From Nitrososphaerales archaeon (GTDB lineage Archaea > Thermoproteota > Nitrososphaeria > Nitrososphaerales > Gagatemarchaeaceae), in NCBI GenBank assembly GCA_035515635.1, contig DATJBB010000003.1:187536-219535 (forward strand): a DNA stretch of 32,000 nt. The letters are read 5' to 3'. A program made the position numbers and the translations under genes. This document shows positions 21,585 through 30,215 of the stretch, piece by piece (the stretch's first letter is position 1; each line of letters opens with the position of its first letter). A model generated the notes under the pieces. That model saw only the letters and a list, made by a program, of their open reading frames with translations, ran no database searches and was not told where the DNA came from.

Positions 21585-22307
21585 TTGGAGCGCCCCCTTT
21601 CGAGCCTGATGCTGGCGGAGGCCTACGGCACCTTTCTCCTGACCTTCATAGGCGCGACTTCAATCACGGTGGCCAGCGACGCGAGCATATTCCCCGCTGG
21701 CACGGGCCTCGGGCTGGGGTTCATCGGCCTCGCCCACGGCGTGGCCCTCCTCGCGGGCGTCGCAGCCCTAGGGAGCGTCTCGGGAGCGTTCTTCAACCCC
21801 GCCATAACGATAGGCGCGTTCGCCTCCGGGAGGCTGCCAAGGGCGAAGGTTGCCCCCTACATCGTCGCGCAGTTCGCGGGTGCGATACTCGCGGCCGTGG
21901 TCGAGCTGGGTCTCGTCGGGATGACCGCCGCCTCAGTCCCGGGGGTCGACCTGGGGAGCAACCTCCCCAACACGTCGCTCCCTATCCCGTATTTCTCCGC
22001 AGTCCTCGCCGAGATAGTCGGGACGATGATCCTGACCTTCACCGTCCTGGCCTCTACCGACCCCGATTCCTCGGGCATCTCCTGGGCGAGCTCAAGCATA
22101 GGCCTAGTCCTCGCTGCCTGCATATGGGCTCTGGGCGGGATCTCCGGCGCCGCGCTCAACCCTGCCAGGGCTTTCGGGCCAGCGGTGATCTCGCTCCTCT
22201 TCGACACGACGCCCATGGCGGACTACTGGATCTACCTGGTCGGCCCGATACTCGGAGGCCTCCTCGCGGCGCAGCTCTACAGGACGATCTTCAGGCCGCA
22301 CGGTTAG
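21585..22307 (+). CDS. MIP-family channel (aquaporin/aquaglyceroporin)
   Basis: Both NPA boxes are present (FFNPAITIG and ALNPARAFGP), with six hydrophobic spans. Confidence 0.9.
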   Translation: MERPLSSLMLAEAYGTFLLTFIGATSITVASDASIFPAGTGLGLGFIGLAHGVALLAGVAALGSVSGAFFNPAITIGAFASGRLPRAKVAPYIVAQFAGAILAAVVELGLVGMTAASVPGVDLGSNLPNTSLPIPYFSAVLAEIVGTMILTFTVLASTDPDSSGISWASSSIGLVLAACIWALGGISGAALNPARAFGPAVISLLFDTTPMADYWIYLVGPILGGLLAAQLYRTIFRPHG

Positions 22308-22311
22308 AGCC

Positions 22312-22788
22312 ATGAAGTCCCAGCCGAGGATGAACAGGGAGAGGGCCAAAGAGCTCCTCGCCGAGGTCGACCTTCTCCTCTCTAGGAAGGATCCGGCGCC
22401 TGCGCTGAGGAAGAGCATCGTCCAGCTCCTCAACCTCGAGCCCACCTACAACTGGGTGGGGCTCTACCTCCTCAAGGGAGGGGAGCTACGCCTCGACGCC
22501 TGGAGCGGCCCTGCCCCCACAACCCACACCTCGATCCCCCTGGGGAAGGGGATCTGCGGCCTCGCGGCAAAGTCCGGGAGGACCGAGATAGTCTCCGACG
22601 TCTCGAAGGAGCCGAGGTACCTCCAGTGCTTCGCCAACACAAGGTCAGAGATAGTCGTCCCCATCCACCTCGACGGCAAGGTTGTGGGCGAGATTGACAT
22701 CGACAGCGACGTCCTCAACGCGCACTCCTCCGTCGACAGGGAGTTCCTGGAGGCGGTCGCCTCCAAGATATCAAAGTCTTGCGCCTGA
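22312..22788 (+). CDS. GAF-domain protein of the free methionine-(R)-sulfoxide reductase (fRMsr/YebR) type
   Basis: Family blocks are WVGLYLL, GKGICGLAAKSGRTEIVSDV, YLQCFANTRSEIVVPI and VGEIDIDSD. The two Cys sit at the family's catalytic positions. It starts 5 nt after the aquaporin stop. Confidence 0.75.
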   Translation: MKSQPRMNRERAKELLAEVDLLLSRKDPAPALRKSIVQLLNLEPTYNWVGLYLLKGGELRLDAWSGPAPTTHTSIPLGKGICGLAAKSGRTEIVSDVSKEPRYLQCFANTRSEIVVPIHLDGKVVGEIDIDSDVLNAHSSVDREFLEAVASKISKSCA

Positions 22789-22794
22789 GCCGCC

Positions 22795-24171
22795 TTACTT
22801 GACCTTCGCCCTGCGCCCATACAGGAGGAATGCCAGCCCGGCGACTATCAGGACGACGGACAGGAACCTGAACGCCGCGCCGAAGCTCCCGAAGATCGCT
22901 ATCAACGTCCCCGTCATCACGGCCGCTGTCCCGTAGCCCACGTGCTCGAGCGCGTGGTTGGTCCCCATTATGGCGGCCCTGTTCGTCGGCTTGCTTGCCT
23001 CGGCGAGTATGACCAGCTGGCTCACCCTCACCATCCCCACCGAGAGCCCGAACGCAAGCGCCGCCACGAGGAAAGTGGGGAGGCTGACAGTGAAGAAGAC
23101 GAGGGCGAGCGCGGCCGCTCCCCCGATGAGCCCGAGCACCAGGTAGGGCATCCTCCTGCTCGTCGTGTCCTCGTAGTGCCCGAACGGCACCATGAACAGG
23201 ACGCCCGTGATCGCCATCAGCGAGCCGAAATACCCGTAGAGGTAGGCGAAGGCAGGTACCTGGCTCTGAAGGGTGTGCGCGTAGAGGGGCACGAAGGAGT
23301 AGAAGGCCGAGAACCCTATCGCCCCGACGAGCGTCGTGAGAAGCGCCACCCCGACGATGGGCGTCCTGAACGCGTTGACGTAGTCACCCCACGTCGCGGA
23401 GTGGCTGTGGTCCTGCCCGAGCGCCGAGTGTCCGCCCTCGTTGTGGCCGAGCTCGGCGTCCTCCCCGTGGAAGTGCGGCCCCTCTTCCTCCTCGTGGCCA
23501 CTGGCGTCGTCGGTCTCAGGCCCCGCCTCGACGTGACCGGGGCGTATCTCAGGCATGAAGAGGACGGCGAGGACGGCGGAGATCAGCAGCATCGAGGTGG
23601 ACATCTCGAAGACGGTCGTCCTGCTGGTGAGGAACGCCACAGTGGTCCCCACCGCCGGCCCAAACGCGTACCCGGCGAACTCCGCCCCGTCCACTAGGCC
23701 GTATGCCTTGCCCATCGTCTGGTGCTTCTCTGCCAGGTCTCCCCCGTACGCCAGGGTGCTGGCGGTGTACGTGCCGTGCGCCAGCCCCAGTGCCGTCAGG
23801 GCGACCGCCGTGGCCACAAGGAACTCGGCGAGCGAGGTCAGGTTGTCGGCCAATATCAGCGAGAGAAGCGCGACGGACCCGAGGATGCAGCCCGCAATCA
23901 TCGTCCTCCTCCTCCCGTACTTGTCGGAGAGGTGCCCCATGTAGATGGCGACCAGGCCGGACGCGATGAGGAACGCGCCCGAGATCAGCCCGACGAAGGC
24001 GTAGCCCGTCGCCCCCAGGTCGAAGGTCACCGTGAGCTTGTCCGAGAGATAGACAAGGACTATTATGAAGGCAGCGTACTCCCCCACGTACGTGAGGAAG
24101 CTCATCGCCCCGATGCCAGCGAAGACTCTGAAGAAGCTCTCTGACTTTTCTGGCTTGCCCAGACTCAACAC
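22795..24171 (-). CDS. MFS transporter with a His/acid-rich central loop
   Basis: Motif GHLSDKYGRRRTM. About 12 hydrophobic spans are split 6+6 by the loop at residues 207-263. Confidence 0.85.
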   Translation of the reverse strand: MLSLGKPEKSESFFRVFAGIGAMSFLTYVGEYAAFIIVLVYLSDKLTVTFDLGATGYAFVGLISGAFLIASGLVAIYMGHLSDKYGRRRTMIAGCILGSVALLSLILADNLTSLAEFLVATAVALTALGLAHGTYTASTLAYGGDLAEKHQTMGKAYGLVDGAEFAGYAFGPAVGTTVAFLTSRTTVFEMSTSMLLISAVLAVLFMPEIRPGHVEAGPETDDASGHEEEEGPHFHGEDAELGHNEGGHSALGQDHSHSATWGDYVNAFRTPIVGVALLTTLVGAIGFSAFYSFVPLYAHTLQSQVPAFAYLYGYFGSLMAITGVLFMVPFGHYEDTTSRRMPYLVLGLIGGAAALALVFFTVSLPTFLVAALAFGLSVGMVRVSQLVILAEASKPTNRAAIMGTNHALEHVGYGTAAVMTGTLIAIFGSFGAAFRFLSVVLIVAGLAFLLYGRRAKVK

Positions 24172-24333
24172 CTCGAGGACCTGAGGGCCAAACTGCGCGG
24201 CCGTCCTTGGTTGTGCCTTGTCCGCCTAGGCGGGAAAAGAACGCGGAAGGAAATCCCTCTTCCCCTTGCCGCGACCCCGCATCAATAATAAGGATTCCTC
24301 AACATTCGGCGTTTGCCGCACCGCGGATGCTTG

Positions 24334-24684
24334 TCACCTGCTCGCGGGGAGCTTGTTGACGAGCTTCATCATTTCATCGTAGTGCTCCTTGATGATCGTA
24401 GACCCCTTCTGGCCCATCATGGCCTCGGCGTTGGCCTTGCACTGGGAGATGGCGGAGACTATGCCCTCCTTGGTCGGCTGGTCGAAGCTGGCGCCGCAGC
24501 TCTGGAAGGACCCGGTGACGAACTGCCTGACTTGGGCCTTTAGGACGGCATCTTCGGTCGGCATGTTGAGGACGTGCATGAACTCCTTGTTGGCGTCCTC
24601 GAAGCACTTCAGGAGCTCGTCCCTGACCAAGGTCGGGGTGACCTTGCCCTTTGGCACGTCCGGTGCCTTGTAGTGCCCTGCCAT
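24334..24684 (-). CDS. Hypothetical helical protein (116 aa, 3 Cys)
   Basis: ATG start with ATATTTA (read on the minus strand, TAAATAT) about 21-27 nt upstream. The composition is coding-like. Both overlapping alternative ORFs are R/G/P-rich. No recognisable family. Confidence 0.6.
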   Translation of the reverse strand: MAGHYKAPDVPKGKVTPTLVRDELLKCFEDANKEFMHVLNMPTEDAVLKAQVRQFVTGSFQSCGASFDQPTKEGIVSAISQCKANAEAMMGQKGSTIIKEHYDEMMKLVNKLPASR

Positions 24685-24783
24685 GGGGGGATGCCGCCCC
24701 AGGGATATTTAGGGTGCACTGCTCAACAATTCCGGACACTCTAGCTAGCGTCCGGGCTTTCTCTCGCGGACGCCGCGACCGGA

Positions 24784-24799
24784 TATAACTTAAGTTATA
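24784..24799. promoter_or_regulatory. Perfect 16-bp palindrome abutting the sufC TATA box (candidate operator)
   Basis: TATAACTTAAGTTATA equals its own reverse complement. It ends 3 nt before TTATATAA. Confidence 0.45.
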
Positions 24800-24802
24800 G
24801 AC

Positions 24803-24810
24803 TTATATAA
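24803..24810 (+). promoter_or_regulatory. TATA box of sufC
   Basis: TTATATAA ends 26 nt before ATG 24837 and 20 nt before GTG 24831. Confidence 0.5.
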
Positions 24811-24830
24811 TTACGCGGCCGCGAGCGTCG

Positions 24831-25601
24831 GTGACAATGGGAACGCTAGAGATCCGAGACCTCCACGCCACCGTGGAGGGCACCGAGATACTCAAAGGGG
24901 TAAACCTGACCATCCGCCAGGGCGAGATTCACGCCCTGATGGGCCCGAACGGCTCTGGCAAGAGCACCCTGGCCAACACCCTACTCGGCCACCCAAAGTA
25001 CAAGGTCACAAAGGGCGACATCCTCATCGACGGGGAGAGCGTCATCGACCTCACCCCAGACAAGCGTGCGAAGAAGGGGCTGTTCCTCGCCTTCCAGTAC
25101 CCGGTCGCGGTCCCCGGGGTGACGATGTTCTCCTTCCTGCGGGCGGCCTACAACGCGGTCCACTCGGACGCCAAGAACCAACCCCCCACGATCTTCGAGT
25201 TCAAGGAGACCCTCGCCGAGAGGATGAAGCTCTTGGAGATGGACGAGTCGTTCATGAACAGGTACCTCAACGAGGGCTTCTCGGGCGGGGAGAAGAAGAG
25301 GGCCGAGATACTGCAGCTGGCGATGCTCAAGCCCAAGTTCGCTGTGCTCGACGAGACCGACTCCGGGCTCGACATCGACGCCCTGCGCGTCGTGGCCGAG
25401 GGTGTCACGAAGCTGTCGAGCTCCGAGCTCGGCATACTGGTCATCACCCACTACCAGAGAATCCTAAAGTACATCCGCCCCACTTTCGTCCACGTGATGT
25501 TTGAGGGGAAGATAACCGCCTCCGGCGGACAGGAGCTCTCCCTCAAGCTGGAAGAGAAGGGCTACGGCTGGCTCAAGGAGCAGGCCGGCGTCGTCGTCTA
25601 G
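24831..25601 (+). CDS. sufC: Fe-S cluster assembly ATPase SufC
   Basis: Walker A GPNGSGKST, signature FSGGEKKR, Walker B FAVLDETDSGLD and H-loop ITHY are all present, with N-terminus LEIRDLHATVEG. Given the TATA spacing, the true start may be ATG 24837. Confidence 0.95.
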   Translation: MTMGTLEIRDLHATVEGTEILKGVNLTIRQGEIHALMGPNGSGKSTLANTLLGHPKYKVTKGDILIDGESVIDLTPDKRAKKGLFLAFQYPVAVPGVTMFSFLRAAYNAVHSDAKNQPPTIFEFKETLAERMKLLEMDESFMNRYLNEGFSGGEKKRAEILQLAMLKPKFAVLDETDSGLDIDALRVVAEGVTKLSSSELGILVITHYQRILKYIRPTFVHVMFEGKITASGGQELSLKLEEKGYGWLKEQAGVVV

Positions 25602-25602
25602 C

Positions 25603-26592
25603 CTAGATGTACTCAGAGGGGTCGACGACGTTTCGGGGTGCCTCGCCCCGCAGGAACCTGGCCAGGTTGTCAGTAGCGCTCCGCCCGGGCTCGCCTGTGA
25701 TCGCCGAACTCCCTCCGGCCACGTGAGGCGTCCCGATGAAATTCGGAAGTTTCAAGAGTGGAAACTTGGACGAGTACGACTCCTTCCCCCTCTTGATTTG
25801 CCACACGTCGGTCGCGTAGGTGAACCTCGGGAACCTGGCTAGGTGCTTGTAGAGCGCCTCCTCGTCCACTATCTCCGCCCTCGCGACGTTGACCAGCACG
25901 GCGTCGCCCTTCATGTCGGCGAACTCCGGCCCGGAGATGAGCCCCACGGTCAGCTTTGTCAAGGGGAGCGAGATGACCATGGCGTCGCTCATCCTAAGGA
26001 CCCTCCTCATCCCCTCGCTCCCGTGGTAGACCTTGACGTGCGGGTCGCCGCCGGGGTGCCTCGAGAAGCCGATGACGTTCATCCCGACCGCCCTCGCCAT
26101 CGAGGCGACCTCCCTACCAATCCCGCCGAGCCCCAATATGCCGAGCGTCCTCCCCCTGAGGGGCATGATCTCGTGGACCATCTTCTCCCAGTCTTCCGGT
26201 TTGAACTCTCCAGCCTTGACCGCGTGGTCGAACCTAACGATCCCCTTGGCGGCCGCCAGGACGAGCGCGAAGGCGTACTCAGCGACGCCCACCGAGAAGC
26301 CCCCTGCGTTGCTGCTTACGGTCACCCTTTCGCCCAGCTCCTTGAACGGTATGTGGTTTACGCCGGCCATCCCGGACTGGACGAACCTGAGCCGGGGCAT
26401 CCTCCTTACCCGCTCAGGGGTGAGCGAGTCCGGCCACCACGTCTGGACGAAGACGCAGTCGATGGAAGGCAGGACCTCGTCTAGCGCGGCGTCGTCCAGG
26501 TCGTCCAGCAAGTAGATGTTGGCATATTGCCGGAGGCTGTCGAGCCCGCCCTTGACGAACGAGTTCGTCACCAGCAGGTTCGGCTTGTCCAA
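25603..26592 (-). CDS. D-isomer-specific 2-hydroxyacid dehydrogenase family (NAD-binding)
   Basis: Rossmann motif GILGLGGIGREVA, and catalytic-triad context VNVAR, E and GTPHVAG. TTG start. Its stop lies 1 nt from the sufC stop (convergent). Confidence 0.85.
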   Translation of the reverse strand: MDKPNLLVTNSFVKGGLDSLRQYANIYLLDDLDDAALDEVLPSIDCVFVQTWWPDSLTPERVRRMPRLRFVQSGMAGVNHIPFKELGERVTVSSNAGGFSVGVAEYAFALVLAAAKGIVRFDHAVKAGEFKPEDWEKMVHEIMPLRGRTLGILGLGGIGREVASMARAVGMNVIGFSRHPGGDPHVKVYHGSEGMRRVLRMSDAMVISLPLTKLTVGLISGPEFADMKGDAVLVNVARAEIVDEEALYKHLARFPRFTYATDVWQIKRGKESYSSKFPLLKLPNFIGTPHVAGGSSAITGEPGRSATDNLARFLRGEAPRNVVDPSEYI

Positions 26593-26777
26593 CGGGGCTC
26601 CGCCCCACCAACCCGGCCAGAACTGTATTGAGCTTTTGGAGCGCGACGCTATAGAATATGGAGGCGCAGTCGGCTGAAATGGCGCGACGTGGGAGCCCGG
26701 ACCCGCAGGTCGCTACTGGGTCCCGACGCTATGTCCTTCGGCAAGGATGAAATTCGGTCCAGAGTCTCTCCCAAAAC

Positions 26778-29159
26778 ATGAAAACACGGACGAAACTATC
26801 AATCGTTACACCTCTGATCCTGCTGACGGTGATGTTGACGGCTAACATCGCCGCCAGCGCCAACCCGCCTGGATCGAGCACCGCGACGCCCATAAAGCAC
26901 GTCGTGGTCATCTTCCAGGAGAACGTATCAACCGACCACTACTTCGCGACCTACCCGACGGCGACGAACGCGCCCAACGAGCCGCAGTTCAACGCGGCAC
27001 CAGGCACGCCTAGCGCCAACGGGCTTACAGGTCCGATGCTCACGAGCAACCCCAACGAGCTTGTCACGGGCAACCCATCTGACAATCCAGCGAGGCTCGA
27101 CCGCACACAGGCAGTGACGTGCGACAACGACCACGACTACACCGCGGAGCAGGCGGCGATGAACGGAGGACTGATGAACCAGTTCCCCGAACAGACCAGC
27201 TGCTCCGACGGCCTGGTCATGGACTACTACGATGGGAACACCGTCACAGCCCTGTGGAACTACGCCCAGAACTACGCGCTGAACGACAACGCCTTCGGCA
27301 CGACCTTCGGTCCCTCCACTCCAGGAGCCCTCAACGTGATGTCAGGCCTAGGTGGCCCGGCGCTCGCGTACCTCGGCCCGGAGGGGACGACAACCACCAC
27401 GACCACCGTCCCCGGGACCATCGCCAACGGCCAGATAATCGGCGACGCCGACCCGGTGTATGACGACTGCTCGTACACAAGCGACGGCTCGACGACGACT
27501 CTCGGGTTCGCGACCGGGTCAGGCGCTCCACAGAACGTCGGGACCCTCCTCAACAACGCAGGCGTGACCTGGGGATGGTTCCAGGGCGGCTTCACCCCAA
27601 CCAGCTACACCTCGACGGGGCAGGCGGTATGTGGCTCCTCCGAGGCGCAGGTAGCCGGGACCATCGAGGCTGCATACAGCCCGCACCACGAACCGTTCCA
27701 GTACTTCCAGTCGACCTCCAACCCGCACCACCTATCACCAAGCTCACCTCAGATGATCGGGCAGACCGACCAGGCCAACCACCAGTACGACATCTCGTCC
27801 TTCTGGATAGCCGCAGACTCGGGGAACCTCCCCGCTGTAAGCTACCTAAAGGCGCCGAGGTTCCAGGACGGCCACCCAGGCAACTCTGACCCACTGGACG
27901 AGCAGACATGGCTGGTCAACACGATAAACCAGCTGATGAGCCTGCCGACGTGGAGCAGCACTGCGGTGATCATCAACTGGGACGACTCCGATGGCTGGTA
28001 CGACAGCGTGATGCCTCCGATCGTCAACCCGTCCAGCGACTCTGTCAACGACGTCCTCAACGGGCCGGGAGCCTGCGGAGCAGGAACCCCGCCGCTGGGA
28101 GTCCAGGACAGGTGCGGCTACGGACCACGCATCCCCATCCTCGTCGTCTCGCCCTACGCCAAGTCGAACTTCGTGGACAGCACCCTCGCAAGCCAGACTG
28201 CCATACTCAGCTTCATCGAGTACAACTGGCACCTAGGCAGCGTCGGACCCACATCCTACGACACCATCGCGGGCTCGATAACCAACGCCTTCGACTTCTC
28301 GCACCCACAGCAGGGAGGCGGGAAGCTCTTCCTCAACCCATCGACCGGCGAGCCGGTCCAGAACGGCGGGTTCAACTTCTTCGGACAGCCCCACGCCTCC
28401 GACCAGGGAGACGGCTTCACGCCAGGCACCCCGAACCTCAGCACCACCCAGACTTGCACCGACGCCGACACCAACCCTGACGTCTGCGCGACCGAGAACG
28501 ACCTGAACAACGGCGGCGCCGCCACTGGCAACGTCGTCTGGTTCAGCGCATCGGCAGACATCACGACCCGGGAGTCCTCAGGGACGACCGTCTTCTTCAC
28601 AGGCCAACAGATCAACCTCCAGCTCAAGAGCGGGAACGGAATCCCACTCACCATCCCGGCACCCAACGCCGAAGTCGTCTTCAGCGCCACCGCCACCTCT
28701 GAGACCACGACGATGAACAGCAAGGGAGTCTGGGTGACTACTGTCCCCACAGACTTCACCGGCAACGTCTTCATCGGCGGAGTCGCCTACCAGGTCCCCA
28801 GCGGGGTGAACCTGGCTGGAGCCCAAGCTGACTGGGAAGGAGTCTTCAGCGGAACGACAGTCTCCTTCACCCTCAACTGGCAGTGGGCCGCGGCGGTCTA
28901 CTCGACCCTCGGCACCGGACTGGGCACGACAGCCTTCTACAACGGCCTAGGCATCAAGCCCATCGACGCGAGCACAGGGAGCACATACCTCAACCACGAC
29001 AACGCAGGCACACCAGAGAACTACAAGACCGACTACATCTCCAGCGCGACAGGATACGGCAACGGATACGGGCACGGCCAGCAGGGCTCGAGCCAGTACA
29101 CCGGCCAGTACAACCAGCCAGGCAACGCGTACTACCAGGCGTACCTGCTCAACCAATAG
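26778..29159 (+). CDS. Secreted phosphoesterase-family protein (AcpA / phospholipase C type) with a large C-terminal extension
   Basis: Signal peptide MKTRTKLSIVTPLILLTVMLTANIAASA. Family blocks are IKHVVVIFQENVSTDHYF, FGPSTPGALN, INWDDSDGWYD and GYGPRIPILVVSPYAK. About 260 extra residues and a Q/N/Y/G-rich tail follow. Confidence 0.8.
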   Translation: MKTRTKLSIVTPLILLTVMLTANIAASANPPGSSTATPIKHVVVIFQENVSTDHYFATYPTATNAPNEPQFNAAPGTPSANGLTGPMLTSNPNELVTGNPSDNPARLDRTQAVTCDNDHDYTAEQAAMNGGLMNQFPEQTSCSDGLVMDYYDGNTVTALWNYAQNYALNDNAFGTTFGPSTPGALNVMSGLGGPALAYLGPEGTTTTTTTVPGTIANGQIIGDADPVYDDCSYTSDGSTTTLGFATGSGAPQNVGTLLNNAGVTWGWFQGGFTPTSYTSTGQAVCGSSEAQVAGTIEAAYSPHHEPFQYFQSTSNPHHLSPSSPQMIGQTDQANHQYDISSFWIAADSGNLPAVSYLKAPRFQDGHPGNSDPLDEQTWLVNTINQLMSLPTWSSTAVIINWDDSDGWYDSVMPPIVNPSSDSVNDVLNGPGACGAGTPPLGVQDRCGYGPRIPILVVSPYAKSNFVDSTLASQTAILSFIEYNWHLGSVGPTSYDTIAGSITNAFDFSHPQQGGGKLFLNPSTGEPVQNGGFNFFGQPHASDQGDGFTPGTPNLSTTQTCTDADTNPDVCATENDLNNGGAATGNVVWFSASADITTRESSGTTVFFTGQQINLQLKSGNGIPLTIPAPNAEVVFSATATSETTTMNSKGVWVTTVPTDFTGNVFIGGVAYQVPSGVNLAGAQADWEGVFSGTTVSFTLNWQWAAAVYSTLGTGLGTTAFYNGLGIKPIDASTGSTYLNHDNAGTPENYKTDYISSATGYGNGYGHGQQGSSQYTGQYNQPGNAYYQAYLLNQ

Positions 29160-29458
29160 CGAAAGAGAGGGGGACCGGGCGAGAGCCCGCCTCCCCTCCC
29201 CCACCTTTGTCCTGACAAGAAAGCGCGACCTCTCCCTAGCCAGCGGCGCTTGTGCGGCTCCATCCCCGTCTCTATCCTCACCTCGTTGATAACGATCGCC
29301 GCTCCTTCGCCGAGTATCGAGCGGACCTTGGCCTCGAAGGTGTCGGGGTCGACCTCGCCGACGTAGTACAGGATGGCCTTGGCGGCCGACTCGCCCAGTA
29401 TCGCCTCGAGCGAGCTCTTCACCGTCGACCTGTAGGCCTCCAAGGTTTCGTCGGTCAA
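29132..29458 (-). CDS. Hypothetical protein (108 aa)
   Basis: This is the C-terminal part of track ORF 29132..29800. The TTG start overlaps the stop of the upstream membrane-protein gene (TTGA). The core LEAYRSTVKSSLEAILGESAAKAILYYVGEVDPDTFEAKV looks coding, but the last ~30 codons are G/R/W-rich and overlap the phosphoesterase 3' end. Confidence 0.35.
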   Translation of the reverse strand: MTDETLEAYRSTVKSSLEAILGESAAKAILYYVGEVDPDTFEAKVRSILGEGAAIVINEVRIETGMEPHKRRWLGRGRAFLSGQRWGRGGGLSPGPPLFRYWLSRYAW

Positions 29459-29805
29459 GCCGCGTCGCCTCCCCTCTTCATCGCCGACGGGTTCCACGCA
29501 CGGTAGAACTGGTAGAACCCGACCAACAGGAGCAGAGTCCCAGCAGCCTGGAAGCTCTCTCCTATCGCGTTGACCAGGAACGTCGAGCCGTAGACCGCCT
29601 CGTAGGTCAGAACGAGCTGGTCTACCATGAACATGGGCAGGGAGCTCGCGATGAGCCGCCAGGCGTTCCAGAAGATCCCTCCTTTGAACGTCTTCCTGGT
29701 CTCGTACGCGAAGAACCATGTCGCGAACTCCAGCCCCGCAAGCGTCAGTGTGAACGCGGTCAGCAGCGGTTCGTTCAGCACGACAGTGCCGGGCTCGCAC
29801 CGCAT
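29455..29805 (-). CDS. Small integral membrane protein (116 aa, 3-4 TM)
   Basis: ATG start. Hydrophobic spans are LLTAFTLTLAGLEFATWFFAY, WRLIASSLPMFMV and AGTLLLLVGFYQFY. It is preferred over the overlapping R-rich frame. Confidence 0.55.
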   Translation of the reverse strand: MRCEPGTVVLNEPLLTAFTLTLAGLEFATWFFAYETRKTFKGGIFWNAWRLIASSLPMFMVDQLVLTYEAVYGSTFLVNAIGESFQAAGTLLLLVGFYQFYRAWNPSAMKRGGDAA

Positions 29806-29865
29806 TAAAAGATGCTACTTTCGCAGGTCACCCGGTCTTGGGTTCGTCAATACGGCATCCCACGA

Positions 29866-30096
29866 CTATAGCTGCTCCGTGACGCGCCTTGACCTGACGA
29901 GAGTCACGATGCCCGCGATCAGCATGAAGAAGGCGAGGATGAGCCATGAGAGGGCCAGGGACATGCTGGTCTGGCTGGTGTTCGAAAGGTCCACCTTGGG
30001 ATAGTATATCGCTATCACCACGATGGCGGCGGCAACCATCCCGAGTCCCAGGGTCGTGCCTGGATTGGGCAATCTCGCCCGCCACCAACGGACCAT
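29866..30096 (-). CDS. Small membrane protein (76 aa, 2 TM)
   Basis: Spans LGLGMVAAAIVVIAIYY and LALSWLILAFFMLIAGIVTLV. It lies 60 nt upstream of the next minus-strand gene and is probably co-transcribed with it. Confidence 0.45.
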   Translation of the reverse strand: MVRWWRARLPNPGTTLGLGMVAAAIVVIAIYYPKVDLSNTSQTSMSLALSWLILAFFMLIAGIVTLVRSRRVTEQL

Positions 30097-30158
30097 TTCG
30101 CTATAAAGGGGAGTGAAGAAACGAAAGACGATTTTAGTTTCACAACGCTTATATGAGC

Positions 30159-30215
30159 TCAGCTAGCTGAACTAGCTAGGCAGCTGACGAGATGACCCCG
30201 GCTGAGCTAGCTCAG
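30159..30215. promoter_or_regulatory. Cluster of AGCT-core palindromes around the zinc-finger gene start (candidate operator array)
   Basis: The palindromes are TCAGCTAGCTGA (30159-30170), CTAGCTAG (30172-30179), CAGCTG (30181-30186) and CTGAGCTAGCTCAG (30202-30215). They sit just downstream of TTATAT (30149-30154). Confidence 0.4.
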
